Assembly: GCA_965262915.1 (NCBI GenBank)
Contig: OZ253564.1
Span: forward strand, 1,952,001 to 2,016,000
Length of the DNA stretch: 64,000 nucleotides
Source: Candidatus Spongiisociaceae bacterium
GTDB taxonomy: Bacteria > Actinomycetota > Acidimicrobiia > Spongiisociales > Spongiisociaceae
Direction of reading: 5' to 3'
The translations under genes were made by a program, and so were the position numbers. Positions 38,944 through 49,789 of this stretch are shown here, piece after piece. Under the pieces are notes generated by a model. The model was given only the letters and a program-made list of their open reading frames with translations. It was not told the origin of the DNA and searched no databases. How positions within the stretch are numbered: position 1 is the stretch's first letter; every line of letters begins with the position of its first letter.

Positions 38944-39468
38944 ATGGTGAGCAAAACCGGGTGGGAGGGCCGTTTCTACGAGGACTTCATCGATGGGGAC
39001 GTCTTCCGCCATCCATTGGGGCGAACGATCACTGAGTCGGACAACACATGGTTCACGCTGCTGACATTGAACACGAACCAGAGCCACTTCAACGCCCATT
39101 ACGCAGCCGGCGGCGTGTTCGGGAAACCGATCGTCAACAGTATGCTGACGATCGCCATGGTTCTCGGTATGAGCGTGATCGATACCAGCTACAACGCCTT
39201 TGCCAACTTGGGTATCGACGGGCTCAGGCTGACCTCGCCCGTGTTCGTCGGTGACACGCTCTATGCAGAGTCGCTGGTGCTCGGCAAACGCGAGTCGGCA
39301 TCACGCCCCTATGGTGGCATCGTCGAGGTGAAGACAAGAGGCATCAATCAGGATGGAGACGTCGTGATGCGGCTTACGAGGAAGTTCTTCGTTCACAAGC
39401 GCGACTCGCCGTACCGCAAGGAGCATTTCCCGGAGCCGACGGTTGCGATCGATGCCGACGAAAGCTGA
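38944..39468 (+). CDS. MaoC-family dehydratase
   Basis: GRFYEDF..GD..RHPLGRTITESDN and PVFVGDTLYAES. Confidence 0.88.
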   Translation: MVSKTGWEGRFYEDFIDGDVFRHPLGRTITESDNTWFTLLTLNTNQSHFNAHYAAGGVFGKPIVNSMLTIAMVLGMSVIDTSYNAFANLGIDGLRLTSPVFVGDTLYAESLVLGKRESASRPYGGIVEVKTRGINQDGDVVMRLTRKFFVHKRDSPYRKEHFPEPTVAIDADES

Positions 39469-39574
39469 AGTTCGCACCGTTCCGCCTGCCCCGCTCGGCG
39501 AGGCCGAGTTCAGCCATGGATTGCAGCTTTACCCCCGAGCAGCAACTCTTTCGCAGCACGATGCGCGACTTCGT

Positions 39575-39780
39575 AAGTACTTCGCCTCCGAGGTCGCTGT
39601 CGAGAACGCTCTGGAGGCAATGCGAATCCACGGCGGAATGGGCTACTCGACGGAGCTCGACATAGAACGAATCTGTCGGGACGCTCCGTTGATGGCGATC
39701 GGGAAGGGACGAACGACATCCAGCTCGTCGTCATCGCCCGGGGCTTCTCGACGGTCGCATCGCGATCGGCAAGTGATTTA
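39575..39780 (+). pseudogene. Acyl-CoA dehydrogenase C-terminal remnant
   Basis: KYFASEVAVENALEAMRIHGGMGYSTELDIER..RDAPLMAIG, frameshift, then NDIQLVVIAR; N-terminal part absent. Confidence 0.8.
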
Positions 39781-39977
39781 CCCGACGACCACCACCCGCA
39801 GAACGAACGGAGAGGCAATGAGCCATATCGGAAGCGTCGCCATGGGCGACGACATCTCCGGCACGCCCGACGAATCGATGGACCGCATTGACAGGTGGGG
39901 AGATGCCGGAGCCGGCTATCCGAGCATCATCCCGATCACCAGCACCGAGAAGCGTATCGCAAGGACATTCGCCGCTC

Positions 39978-41555
39978 ATGTATGACCTTCTGATTCGCGG
40001 CGCACGCGTCTACGACGGCACCGGGCTCGACTGGTTCGACGCGACCGTGGCCATCGACGGAGACACGATCCGCTTGTTGCGGGGCGACACGTCCCCTGTG
40101 CAATCGCGCAAGACGATCGACGCTGCCGGCATGGCCGTCTGTCCGGGGTTCATCGACATGCACGCCCATTCGACGATGGCGATCCTGGCCAACCCGCACC
40201 ACGACGTGAAGGTGCGTCAGGGGGTCACTACGGAGCTGATCGGCGTTGACGGCAACTCGTACGCTCCGTTCGAAGATCCCGAAGAGTTGGAGCGGTGGTC
40301 CGTGCTCAACGCGGGTCTCGATGGCGCCAAACCGCCGGGCATGTCATGGTCGTCCGTGGCGGAATACCTCGACTTGTACGACGAGCGGGTGGCGGTAAAC
40401 ATCGCTTACGTCGTAGGCAATTCACCCCTTCGTATCGCCGCCGTTGGATGGAGCGACCGTGCCTCGACCGGCGCCGAGATGAGAACGCAAAAGGCGATGC
40501 TGCGCACTGCGCTCGCTGAGGGCGCGTTCGGCATCTCGACAGGACTCACCTATCCGCCCGGTGGATTCGCCTCCACCGACGAACTCGCCGATCTCTGCCG
40601 CGTCGTCAGCGATGACGGCGGAGTTCATGTGTGCCACGTCCGCTATAGCCTCGGCGACGCCTTCAGGGACCCGTTCCTGGAAGCGATCGAGATCAGCAGG
40701 CAGAGCGGCGTGCCACTCCACATCTCTCACTACGCCAGCCGATGGAAGGTCAACGGCCAGTTTCGCCCGCTCCTGCGGCTGGTCGACGATACGCGGGAAG
40801 AGGGCCTGGGTGTGACCTTCGATGCGTATCCCTACAACCAGGGGAGTAGCAGAGCAACGGTGGCCCTGCCCGATTGGCTTCAGGAGGACGGCCCCGACGC
40901 CCTGCTCGAGCGGCTCGAGGATCCGAAGGCCCGCGCCCGGATGCGGTCCGAAACGGACCCTCGACAGTCGCGGTGGCGCGATCCGATGGGTTGGCATCTC
41001 ACCGGATTCGCAGAAGAAGCGAACAAGCGGTTCGACGGGTTGAACCTCCACGAGATCGCTGACATCCTGGCTGAGGACCCGCTCGACGCACTGTGCGATC
41101 TTCTGCTCGAAGAGCAACTGCGCTTGTCGTTCGTCGGTCACGACTCCAACAACCACGTCACAGTGCGTAAGCTGCTCGCACATCCGCTGTGCATGGTCGG
41201 CAGCGACGGACTGCTCATCGGTGACTTCCCCAGCCCGCGTACCTACGGCACCTTCCCCAAGATGCTCGGGGATCTGGTCCGGGAGGAAGGGCTGATGAGT
41301 ACGCAGGAAGCCATCCGCAAGATGACGTGGTTCCCCGCTCAAGTTCTCGGCCTTTCCGATCGCGGCATGATTCGTGACGGCGCCAAAGCCGACCTAGTGG
41401 TGTTCGACCCCGATCGCATCCACGCACCGGCCACTCTGGCAAACCCGACCCAGTACCCCGAGGGCATCCCCCACGTGATCGTCAACGGGGTACCCGTCAT
41501 CGAAGAGTACGAGCACACCGGAAAAACCCCGGGCCGGGCGCTGCGCAAGACCTGA
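39978..41555 (+). CDS. N-acyl-D-amino-acid deacylase family amidohydrolase
   Basis: PGFIDMHAH, QGVTT, GISTGLTY, FDAYPY, VGSDG and PRTYGTFP. Confidence 0.9.
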   Translation: MYDLLIRGARVYDGTGLDWFDATVAIDGDTIRLLRGDTSPVQSRKTIDAAGMAVCPGFIDMHAHSTMAILANPHHDVKVRQGVTTELIGVDGNSYAPFEDPEELERWSVLNAGLDGAKPPGMSWSSVAEYLDLYDERVAVNIAYVVGNSPLRIAAVGWSDRASTGAEMRTQKAMLRTALAEGAFGISTGLTYPPGGFASTDELADLCRVVSDDGGVHVCHVRYSLGDAFRDPFLEAIEISRQSGVPLHISHYASRWKVNGQFRPLLRLVDDTREEGLGVTFDAYPYNQGSSRATVALPDWLQEDGPDALLERLEDPKARARMRSETDPRQSRWRDPMGWHLTGFAEEANKRFDGLNLHEIADILAEDPLDALCDLLLEEQLRLSFVGHDSNNHVTVRKLLAHPLCMVGSDGLLIGDFPSPRTYGTFPKMLGDLVREEGLMSTQEAIRKMTWFPAQVLGLSDRGMIRDGAKADLVVFDPDRIHAPATLANPTQYPEGIPHVIVNGVPVIEEYEHTGKTPGRALRKT

Positions 41556-43069
41556 TGGAGCGGACCACCGGCAGCCTTGTCGACAAGGCTGCGGTGCTGT
41601 TCACGGACCGGCCCTGGCTCTACTACGACGGCGAGGTCACAACATTCGGAGAGCTCAAGGAGCGTTCGGATAGCGCCGCGGCCGAACTCCTGAAGCTCGG
41701 TGTCACCAGAGGCGATCGCGTCGTGTTCTGTGCCCCCAACAGTCCCGATCTCATCTTCCAGTGGCTCGGGGCGAACAAGGTTGGGGCTGCGTTCGTGCCG
41801 CTGAATCCAGCCGCTCCGGCGAATGACCTGGCCGGCGTAGTGCAACGGATCAGGCCCGGAGCCATGATCCTCGATGCCCGCGCCGAGGCTGCCGCCGACC
41901 TCGCCGATAGCCCTCCCGACGGAGTGGCTGTCGCAGGACTCGACGAGATCGCGGCCAGCCGAGACGCCCCTCGCTTTCTGCCCGAACTTGCTGCCGACGA
42001 CATCGCGGCATTGATAGCAACATCCGGCACGACAGGGGTAGCGAAGCTCGTGATGCATTCTCACGCCACGTACGTGCTCACCGCTGAGGGGTTCCCTTGG
42101 TGGCTCGGGCTGGGCGAAGCGGACCGGCTGATGACGTCGCTTCCGCTGTTCCATCTCAACGCCCAGGTGTACTCGACTCTCGGCTCTCTCGTCGCCGGCG
42201 CCGCGCTGGTGTTGCTGCCGCGGTTCTCGGCGTCACGATTCTGGGACGACGCCGCAGAGCATGGAGCCACGGAGGTCAACGTAATAGGCGCCATGCTCGA
42301 GATACTGATGCGCCGGCCCGAACGGGATGTGGAACGCAACCACAGTGTCAGGATTGTATACACCGCTCCCGCCTTCACTGAGGAGCGGCATAGGGAGATC
42401 GAGCAGCGATTCGGCACCAGCGTCGTCATCGGCTACGGGCTGTCCGAAAGTCCGTACGGGGCGATCTGGCCTCGGGGCGAGACGCCATACGGATCGATGG
42501 GCCGGCTGCGGCAACACCCTGAGCTGGGAGAGATCAACACAGCCCGAATCGTGAACGTAGAGGGTCTTGATGTCGCCGACGGCGAGACCGGGGAGCTGCT
42601 ACTGAATAACCCTGCCGTGATGCGGGGATACTTCGACATGCCGGAGGAGACGGCGGCGGCGCTCGAGGGCGGTTGGTTGCATACCGGCGACCTCGTCTAC
42701 GAGGACCGTGACGGATATCTGCACTTCGTGTCGCGCAAGAAGCATGTCATCCGGCGGCGCGGGGAAAACCTGTCGCCGGCAGAGGTCGAAGCTGTGCTCG
42801 ACGCTTGCCCGGCAGTCGTCGAGTCGGCCGTGATAGGTGTGGCATCGGAGTTGTCTGATGAAGACGTGAAGGCCTTTGTTATCCCGGATCACGATACGAC
42901 GGCAGTGGAGTTGTGGGAGTGGTGCACCGCGCGGCTAGCCCGGTTCAAGGTTCCTCGTTACATCGAGTTCGTCGAGAAGCTGCCGCACACTCCGACCCGG
43001 CGAATTGCAAAAGACGAGCTTCCGAGACAGCTCACCGGCCGGGAGCATGATGCGGAGCCCGGGACCTGA
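41555..43069 (+). CDS. Acyl-CoA synthetase (CaiC-like)
   Basis: TSGTTGVAK, GYGLSE, WLHTGD and RRRGEN. Confidence 0.9.
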   Translation: MERTTGSLVDKAAVLFTDRPWLYYDGEVTTFGELKERSDSAAAELLKLGVTRGDRVVFCAPNSPDLIFQWLGANKVGAAFVPLNPAAPANDLAGVVQRIRPGAMILDARAEAAADLADSPPDGVAVAGLDEIAASRDAPRFLPELAADDIAALIATSGTTGVAKLVMHSHATYVLTAEGFPWWLGLGEADRLMTSLPLFHLNAQVYSTLGSLVAGAALVLLPRFSASRFWDDAAEHGATEVNVIGAMLEILMRRPERDVERNHSVRIVYTAPAFTEERHREIEQRFGTSVVIGYGLSESPYGAIWPRGETPYGSMGRLRQHPELGEINTARIVNVEGLDVADGETGELLLNNPAVMRGYFDMPEETAAALEGGWLHTGDLVYEDRDGYLHFVSRKKHVIRRRGENLSPAEVEAVLDACPAVVESAVIGVASELSDEDVKAFVIPDHDTTAVELWEWCTARLARFKVPRYIEFVEKLPHTPTRRIAKDELPRQLTGREHDAEPGT

Positions 43070-43072
43070 GGC

Positions 43073-43879
43073 TCATCTCTTCTCGGCCATTGCGCGCACG
43101 CGGGTGAAGGTCTCCCGGTAGGTGTCTCCATCGCGGGCCGCAGCCGATGTCTCTGCTACGGCGCGAGCGACGAATTCCGTGGCCTGGGGCTCGTCGAGGC
43201 GGGCTGTCCACGGCAACAACGTCTGGCTCACGAGCCACCCTACGTAATCGGGTTGCGTGAACTCTCGATGCTGGGTCACCAACTCGCATGTGACACCGAC
43301 AAACCCGGCATCTGCGAGCAGTGCCTCGTAGTCACGAGGGTCCGGGAAATACCACGGATTGCCCACGTCTCCCAGCGCCGAGGAAAAGTCCGGTGTTCCG
43401 GCGATCGAGGTCATGATTCCCACGGTCCGGGCTACGTTGCCGACCCCGCCGAACTCCGCGAGGAGGCGCCCGCCCCTGCGCAACGCCCGATGCAGCCCCG
43501 CCAGGAACACAGGATGGTCCGAGCCGGGGACCCAATGCAGCGCAGCTATCGAGGTCGCCACAGTGAACTGATCGACGAACGCGATGTCCTGGGCGCGACA
43601 GAGCTCAAAGCTGAGGTTGGGAAGAGATCGCTGTGACGCGGTCGACACCATGTCCGGTGCAGAGTCGATGCCAACGACGGCCGCGTCGGGGAACCGGGCC
43701 GCCAACGATGCGGAGACGGCGCCGTCACCACATCCGATGTCGAGCAAGCGGTCTCCGGGTCCGAGTGTGATCTCACTGAGAAATGCAGGGTCGTGGCGGC
43801 GATGATGTTCGGTATGCTCCCGGTACACGCTTCCCCGCCAGGCGTCGTGGAGGCTCGCCCCGCCCTCAGCCACCGGCAT
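43073..43879 (-). CDS. Class I SAM-dependent methyltransferase (Tam-like)
   Basis: LLDIGCGDG, GIDSAPDM and AALHWV; start uncertain. Confidence 0.85.
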   Translation of the reverse strand: MPVAEGGASLHDAWRGSVYREHTEHHRRHDPAFLSEITLGPGDRLLDIGCGDGAVSASLAARFPDAAVVGIDSAPDMVSTASQRSLPNLSFELCRAQDIAFVDQFTVATSIAALHWVPGSDHPVFLAGLHRALRRGGRLLAEFGGVGNVARTVGIMTSIAGTPDFSSALGDVGNPWYFPDPRDYEALLADAGFVGVTCELVTQHREFTQPDYVGWLVSQTLLPWTARLDEPQATEFVARAVAETSAAARDGDTYRETFTRVRAMAEKR

Positions 43880-43989
43880 ACCGCTTCTGGACCTCGTCGC
43901 TCTCGAGAAGAGCTCTCGCATGGTGGGATTCGCTGGTCGTGCCACCACCGACGACGCGTGCTCCGCGGCTGATCTCGGGAGCCGTTGTG

Positions 43990-44200
43990 AGCTTCCTTTC
44001 CAGCATCAGTATGTGGCGCCGCGCAGCTTCACATCCGGCACCTGCTCCACGTGAACTCGACGAGAACGGGGCCAAGTCCGCCGGCCGGCTCGTCGAGCGG
44101 CAGGATATCGGGTTCGGTAATGAGGGCACGAACCAATCGCCACTATCTGCTGTTCACCGCCGGAGAGCAATCTGGCGTGAACGGTTTCTTTGCTCCTGCA
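43990..44200 (-). pseudogene. Branched-chain amino acid ABC ATPase (LivF-like) remnant
   Basis: LSGGEQQIVAIG then shifted frame ALITEPDILPLDEPAGGLGP; no Walker A. Confidence 0.6.
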
Positions 44201-44275
44201 GTTGCACCAGACAAGGTCTTTGGCCATCTGCGCAAGTTCGACGACCACTAGCCCGAGAGCAGCGAACGCATTCCA

Positions 44276-45676
44276 TCAATCGCCTCCTTGCCGGGCAGGG
44301 CGACGGACGATCGGGGGCGTCTTGTACCGAGCGTCTCCGAACTCGTCTTGTTGAATGAACGTGATCATGGTACGGACGATAAGGCGGGACCGAATCGCCG
44401 CCTCGATTTCTGCGGCGAGACCCGCAGGCGCAGTGGAACCCGACGGAACCTCGACCTCGACCGGTATGGGAGGTTCCACCGCAAACCCGGCGCCTTCCGG
44501 GAGAGCGACTCGGATCCTCCCGGTCACTGCCGGTTCGTACTCGGCGACTACCGCCTGGATGGCAGACGGATATACGTTCACACCCCTTACGATGAACATG
44601 TCGTCAGCACGGCCCTCGATTCGCAACTTGAAGCTCGTCCTCCCGCAGCCACACTCGATGCCCGTGATTCTGACGATGTCTCCGCTGCAAAACCGGATGA
44701 CGGGCACGGCCTCGCGAACGAGCGATGTGTACACCATCTCGCCTACCGCACCCTTCTCGATCTCGATCGGGACTCCGGTGTCGGGGTCGATCAACTCGGG
44801 CCACACGTAGCCCTGACCGCAGAAGTGCATGCCGTCTTTCATCGGGCACTCTCCGAACAATGAAGGGGTCACATCTCCGATTCCTGACGCCTCGGTGACA
44901 TCCGCGCCGAAAGCCTCTTCGATACGCTTTCTGATGGCCGGGATCCCGCCGCCCGGTTCTCCCCCGACGACGAGATGTCTGAGACCGGCGTCCGGTCCGG
45001 CGAGTCCGCGGTTCTCGAAGACCGAGGCGAGATACAGGGCGAAAGAAGGCGTTGCGAGCAACGTGTCGACGATGCCGGCGTCGCAAGCAGACAACACCCG
45101 CTCGAGGTCACCGGGCCCCACCGGCACCCGGCGCGCCCCGATCCGGTCGAGCGTCCAATGGGTGTGGCCGGCTACGAACGGCCCTGCCCCGAAGGTAGTC
45201 AGAACGGAGTGGTGCGGGTGGATCCCGGTGGCGTAGTACGAGCGAGCGCCGATTGCTGTCCAGGTCTCCAGATCCCGGTTGGTCATTGCGATCAAGCTCG
45301 GACGGCCCGACGACCCGCTCGTCTGGTACACGCGCTTGACGGCTGCCGGGTCGACGCCGAGATGTCCGCCAAACGGCGGGTGCTGCTTACGTGTTGCGAG
45401 CGTGTCGGCCTTCGACATGGTGGGCAGTTCTACCAGCTCCGTCACCGAAGACAAGCGGGCCGGGTCCACGCCCGCCTCGGCAAATCGTTCGCGGTAGAAC
45501 GGCGATCGGGCGACGATTCCCACAGCCTGCGCCCGCCAGGCGACATCGGCAACCGCGATGTTCTCTCCAGGCGACCGTGTCTCGCCCTCGCGGTCCCATA
45601 TCCAATCGAGCCCGCAGTCGTCCTCGAGCAGCGGGCCTGTCGTGGACGTAGGCCACGGCAATCCCGCGACGTTCAT
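44276..45676 (-). CDS. Phenylacetate-CoA ligase family protein
   Basis: TSGSSGRP, VGGEPG, CGCGRT and GRADDMFIVRGVNVYPS. Confidence 0.9.
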   Translation of the reverse strand: MNVAGLPWPTSTTGPLLEDDCGLDWIWDREGETRSPGENIAVADVAWRAQAVGIVARSPFYRERFAEAGVDPARLSSVTELVELPTMSKADTLATRKQHPPFGGHLGVDPAAVKRVYQTSGSSGRPSLIAMTNRDLETWTAIGARSYYATGIHPHHSVLTTFGAGPFVAGHTHWTLDRIGARRVPVGPGDLERVLSACDAGIVDTLLATPSFALYLASVFENRGLAGPDAGLRHLVVGGEPGGGIPAIRKRIEEAFGADVTEASGIGDVTPSLFGECPMKDGMHFCGQGYVWPELIDPDTGVPIEIEKGAVGEMVYTSLVREAVPVIRFCSGDIVRITGIECGCGRTSFKLRIEGRADDMFIVRGVNVYPSAIQAVVAEYEPAVTGRIRVALPEGAGFAVEPPIPVEVEVPSGSTAPAGLAAEIEAAIRSRLIVRTMITFIQQDEFGDARYKTPPIVRRPARQGGD

Positions 45677-46824
45677 CCCAGGCCAGCGCCGTTGGCAAGG
45701 ATCGCTGTCGCCGTCGCCGTGTAAACACCGCCAAGGCCGTGCACGAAAGACAGCTTGGCGTCATCGATCTGGCGGTCGCCCGCGGAATGCGTTAGCTGGG
45801 CTACGGCTTCGAGAATGAGGTTCATGCCGAGCATGCCAGGATGCCGGTGGGACAACCCTCCGCCGTCCGTGTTCAGCGGCAGCGACCCTCCCGGCCGGGA
45901 CTTCTGGTCCTCCAGGAAGGCGCCTCCTTCTCCCTTGGCGCACAGGCCGATGTCCTCGACGGCGAATATGACCGCGATCGTGAACGGGTCGTAGAGCTGG
46001 AAGTGGTCGATGTCTTCGAGTCCAACCCGTGCCTTCTCGAGAGCGGCGGGCCCCGTCCATGCGCCGGGCGAAGTCACGAAATCGGGGAGCGCAGACATAT
46101 AGCGCGCCACGTGCGCCTCTGAGGCGCCGAGCAAGTAGATAGGGTTCTCCGTCAGATCGGCCGCCCGTTCAGGGGAGGTGACAACGAGGGCGCCCCCGCC
46201 GTCCGTGACGAGACAGCAGTCGAGTCGGTGGAGGGGAGAAGCGATCATCGGAGAATCGAGGACATCGTCGATGGTGATGGGCTTCCGCATCTTCGCCGCC
46301 GGATTCAGGCCCGCCCAACTGCGGGCAGAGACCGCAACTTCGGCGAGTTGCTCCGGGGTTGTGCCGAACTCGTACATATGCCGCTGAGCTTGCATCGCGT
46401 ATCCGGCAATCGGCCAGAGGGGTCCGTAAGGGATCTCGTACGCCAGCGGTTCGGACATTGACTTGACGAAGCGGCTTCCTATCGACCGTTGCGTACTGCC
46501 GTATGCAATGAGGCCCATTGTCATCTCGCCGACACGGATGGCGGCGGAGGCGTGCCGGAGATGGGCCACGAATGAGCAGCCCCCGATCGTCGTCGAGTCG
46601 CTGTATCGCGGAGTGATCCCGAGGTACTCGCCGAGGTTCAGCGTTGGCATGTAGTAGAACGACGACGCGCTGAACAGCCCGTCGATCTCGGCTTTCTCCA
46701 CCCCCGCATCCAGGATCGCCTCGGCGCCGGCCTCGGCCATCAGCCCGGCGGGCGTGAGCTTTCCCGAGTCCTGGGATGAGGCGTGGGCGGCGCCGACGAT
46801 GGCAAGGATGGGCTCACCCGGCAT
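45673..46824 (-). CDS. Thiolase-like protein (SCP2-thiolase/Ltp2-like)
   Basis: DCCLVTDGG, LYDPFT, NTDGGGLS..HPG and EAVAQL. Confidence 0.85.
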   Translation of the reverse strand: MPGEPILAIVGAAHASSQDSGKLTPAGLMAEAGAEAILDAGVEKAEIDGLFSASSFYYMPTLNLGEYLGITPRYSDSTTIGGCSFVAHLRHASAAIRVGEMTMGLIAYGSTQRSIGSRFVKSMSEPLAYEIPYGPLWPIAGYAMQAQRHMYEFGTTPEQLAEVAVSARSWAGLNPAAKMRKPITIDDVLDSPMIASPLHRLDCCLVTDGGGALVVTSPERAADLTENPIYLLGASEAHVARYMSALPDFVTSPGAWTGPAALEKARVGLEDIDHFQLYDPFTIAVIFAVEDIGLCAKGEGGAFLEDQKSRPGGSLPLNTDGGGLSHRHPGMLGMNLILEAVAQLTHSAGDRQIDDAKLSFVHGLGGVYTATATAILANGAGLG

Positions 46825-47245
46825 CGGCCATCTCCTCGACAGAGGCAAACACAGGTACGTCGAAGTCCTCCCCGATGGAAGCCCACCGCACCTCGACGGC
46901 CATCCCTATGTGGATATCGTCGCTTCCGACGACTCGAGACAGAAGCCGAGGGCCCTCGGACAGTTCGACCATCGCGACGATGTACGGTCGCTGGCCCGCG
47001 AAACCGGGAGCGTCGCGGTGCTGGACCGTGTATGTGAACACCGTTCCGCGGCCGGAGGCTTCCACCCAATCGGGCGACGCGGCCAGGCACTCTTTGCAGA
47101 TGGATCGCGGGGGGAACTGGTATTCGTCGCACTCCGCACATTGCTGGATCATGAGCCGGTGCGTGCGGCAGTGCTCGAACCAGACGGCCTCTTCGCCCGT
47201 GGCTGGGGGTATGGGCGCCGGGTAGTCGAATTCTCCCTGCGTCAC
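46814..47245 (-). CDS. Zn-ribbon/OB-fold DUF35 protein
   Basis: CAEC-x10-CKEC, SGRGTVFTYT and VELSEGPR; adjacent to thiolase. Confidence 0.9.
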   Translation of the reverse strand: MTQGEFDYPAPIPPATGEEAVWFEHCRTHRLMIQQCAECDEYQFPPRSICKECLAASPDWVEASGRGTVFTYTVQHRDAPGFAGQRPYIVAMVELSEGPRLLSRVVGSDDIHIGMAVEVRWASIGEDFDVPVFASVEEMADAG

Positions 47246-48624
47246 GACGTAGCCAGCCTGAAGCCGCCCAGGGCCAGCAGGGAGAACCCGCTCTCGAAGG
47301 CAGTCCTTATCGTGGCCATGTCCTCGTCCGTGATGGCCGTCGAGATCGTCATCAACAGCCGGTTCGGGGCCACAAAGACCCCATCGCCGAGCATCGAGAG
47401 GAAGAGTAGTTCGAGGGGGAGCTTCGGCAGTGCCGCCGAATCCCGAAACGACCGGGGCGGTGTGGTTCCGGCGTGCACCTGCACGACACTCCCATACCCG
47501 GTTGCGACGAGTGGGAGATCGCGTTCGCGACAGGTGCGATTGATCCAGTCGCGCAGGTCGTCGCCAAGCCCATTGATCCGCTCCGCCGCCTCGGGTGTGA
47601 GGGCCTGGAGCGTGTGCAAGCCGGCGGCCATCGTGAGCGGGTTGGCGTTGAACGTCCCGGCGTGCATCAAGGCGTCCGGGTTACGCGGATCGGCCACAGC
47701 CATGACGTCGGCACGGCCGCCGAAGGCGCCGACCGGTGTACCCCCGCCGATGATCTTGCCCATTGCCGTTAGGTCCGGATAGACGCCGATCTCACCCTGA
47801 AGGCCGCCGTAGCCGAGGCGCAACGTCATCACCTCGTCGAAGATCAGGAGGCAACCTGCACGCTCGCAGGCGTCGCGGACGGCTTCGAGATAACCCGGTT
47901 CAGCGCGAATCGCACCGGCCGACCCCTGCATCGGTTCGATCATCAAGGCAGCCGATCGGGGGCCGACCTCGTCGATTATCCGCACGGCCGTCTCCGTGTC
48001 ATTGAACGGAATGATGTGGGTTTGGTGGGCAGTTCCGGGATGTATTCCGGTCTCGACGACGCTCTCATTGGCGTCCTCCCCCATGTGCTTCACCGAGACC
48101 TGGGCGGCTTCGAACCCGCCGTGGTAACCGCCCTCGACCTTGATGATGTCGTTGCGGCCGGTGAATGCCCTCGCCGCGCGAATCGCGTAGAGGCACGCCT
48201 CAGTTCCCGAGTTGGCGAACCTGACCTGATCGACGGCCTCCATTCGACCCACCATCTCCTCGGCCAGCAGCACCTCGTTTTCCGTCGGTGTGCCGAAAGC
48301 CACGCCTTTGTCCACTTGCTCGGCGATGCGCCGGCGCGACTCGTCGGTGAGATGCCCGTGTACCAGGCTCGTGTAGTTGTTGACGAGATCGAGATGCGTC
48401 AGACCGTCGACGTCGTAGAGCCATTGCGCCTCGGCCGACTCCACGTAGAAGGGAAAGGGCTCGAAGTAGAGCTGGGACCGCGAGTTTCCGCCGGGCAGCG
48501 CTTTGAGCCCGCGCTGGTAGAGCTCCTCCGAGCGGGGGTGGGCGGATGCATATTCGCCCTGCAGTTCGGGCAGGAGACCTTCGAGTGCCCCGAGACTGAA
48601 CTCTTGGGTTGGCTGCAGGGTCAC
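47242..48624 (-). CDS. Class III aminotransferase (glutamate-semialdehyde aminomutase-like)
   Basis: NSGTEA, GGYHG, IFDEVMT, MGKIIGGG and HAGTFN. Confidence 0.88.
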   Translation of the reverse strand: MTLQPTQEFSLGALEGLLPELQGEYASAHPRSEELYQRGLKALPGGNSRSQLYFEPFPFYVESAEAQWLYDVDGLTHLDLVNNYTSLVHGHLTDESRRRIAEQVDKGVAFGTPTENEVLLAEEMVGRMEAVDQVRFANSGTEACLYAIRAARAFTGRNDIIKVEGGYHGGFEAAQVSVKHMGEDANESVVETGIHPGTAHQTHIIPFNDTETAVRIIDEVGPRSAALMIEPMQGSAGAIRAEPGYLEAVRDACERAGCLLIFDEVMTLRLGYGGLQGEIGVYPDLTAMGKIIGGGTPVGAFGGRADVMAVADPRNPDALMHAGTFNANPLTMAAGLHTLQALTPEAAERINGLGDDLRDWINRTCRERDLPLVATGYGSVVQVHAGTTPPRSFRDSAALPKLPLELLFLSMLGDGVFVAPNRLLMTISTAITDEDMATIRTAFESGFSLLALGGFRLATS

Positions 48625-49490
48625 GCTACCACCGACTCGGTCAGGGTCTCATACAGGTCAGGCCGCCGGTACTTGTAGAAGTTGAGGGCCTTGCGGCTGT
48701 CTGCAACGTACTCCGGGTCGATGTCTGCGTAGATGATTCCGTCCTGATCGTCCGCGCGCTCGATCCGAATTCCCTCTGGATCGAAGAAGACCGACCGTCC
48801 TGGAAAGGAACCTTCGAGGCCGGGGCCCGTCAGCGGCCCGACCTTGTTGATGCCGGCCACATAGAGCGTGTTGGACCATGCCATCGCCTGCAGTCCCGGC
48901 TCCCACATCGTCTCGATGACGAACTTCCGGTATGAAGCGGTCGGCACGAAGATGATGTTGGCACCCTTGATTCCCAGCGTTCTCGGGCCTTCGGGGAAGT
49001 GGCGGTCGTAGCAAATGACGATGCCGACGTTGAGACCGAGCGACGTCTCCCACACGTTGAATCCGGTATCGCCGGGAGAGAAATACCACGCCTCGTCGGC
49101 GCCGCGCTGGCCCTTCCGGGCCCTTGAGGTAGGCACGTGCGACTTGCGGTAGATCATCTGCAACCCATCGACGGGGTCGATCATCGTTGCGGTGTTGTAG
49201 CGGATATCCCCCACTGCTTCGTACAGAGGGAAGACGACATGCATATCGTTGGCGGCGGCCGCGGCCTCGATTCTCTCCGTGCTCGGGCCCGGGATGGTCT
49301 CTGCGAGGTCGAGCCGGGCGGCGTTGCGGTGGTCAAAGCAGAAGTACGTCGTAGTCGCAAGCTCGTGGAAGGCAATCATCTTCGCCCCTGAAGCAGAGGC
49401 CTCGGCGATTTGCTTCTCGATCATCGTGAGGTTCTGATCGGCATCATCGGTCGATGCGAATTGGCCCAAGGCCACTTTGATCGCCGGCAT
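48621..49490 (-). CDS. Carbon-nitrogen hydrolase (beta-ureidopropionase/carbamoylase-like)
   Basis: Glu-Lys-Cys triad FHEL, YRKSH, ICYDRHFPE; C-terminal RRPDLY. Confidence 0.88.
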   Translation of the reverse strand: MPAIKVALGQFASTDDADQNLTMIEKQIAEASASGAKMIAFHELATTTYFCFDHRNAARLDLAETIPGPSTERIEAAAAANDMHVVFPLYEAVGDIRYNTATMIDPVDGLQMIYRKSHVPTSRARKGQRGADEAWYFSPGDTGFNVWETSLGLNVGIVICYDRHFPEGPRTLGIKGANIIFVPTASYRKFVIETMWEPGLQAMAWSNTLYVAGINKVGPLTGPGLEGSFPGRSVFFDPEGIRIERADDQDGIIYADIDPEYVADSRKALNFYKYRRPDLYETLTESVVA

Positions 49491-49789
49491 GCCACCCTCC
49501 TCGAAAAGTTTGGTAATGCGGATCTTACCCTCCCGCTAAGCACAGAATCACCGAATCTCGGACCAGACACCGGTGCACGTAGCCTCCGACACGGGCGTCC
49601 CGCGCTGGGGTCGACCGTGCCCACCCGAAGGCGATCTCTCCACCGCTCCACCTTCTGCGTCCTCGCCGGACAGGAAGAGAGCCTTCCGGTGGATGACGAT
49701 ACCTCGACAGCGGTCATGGAGTTCATGCGCCACTTCATTACCCGAGACGGCGGCGCTCGTGGGCCTCTCCAAACGGTGAGCCGTAGGGC

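Noticed and set aside
47242-48624. Calling the aminotransferase hemL
   Set aside because: No tetrapyrrole genes nearby; catabolic context and a paralog stub indicate a HemL-like transaminase
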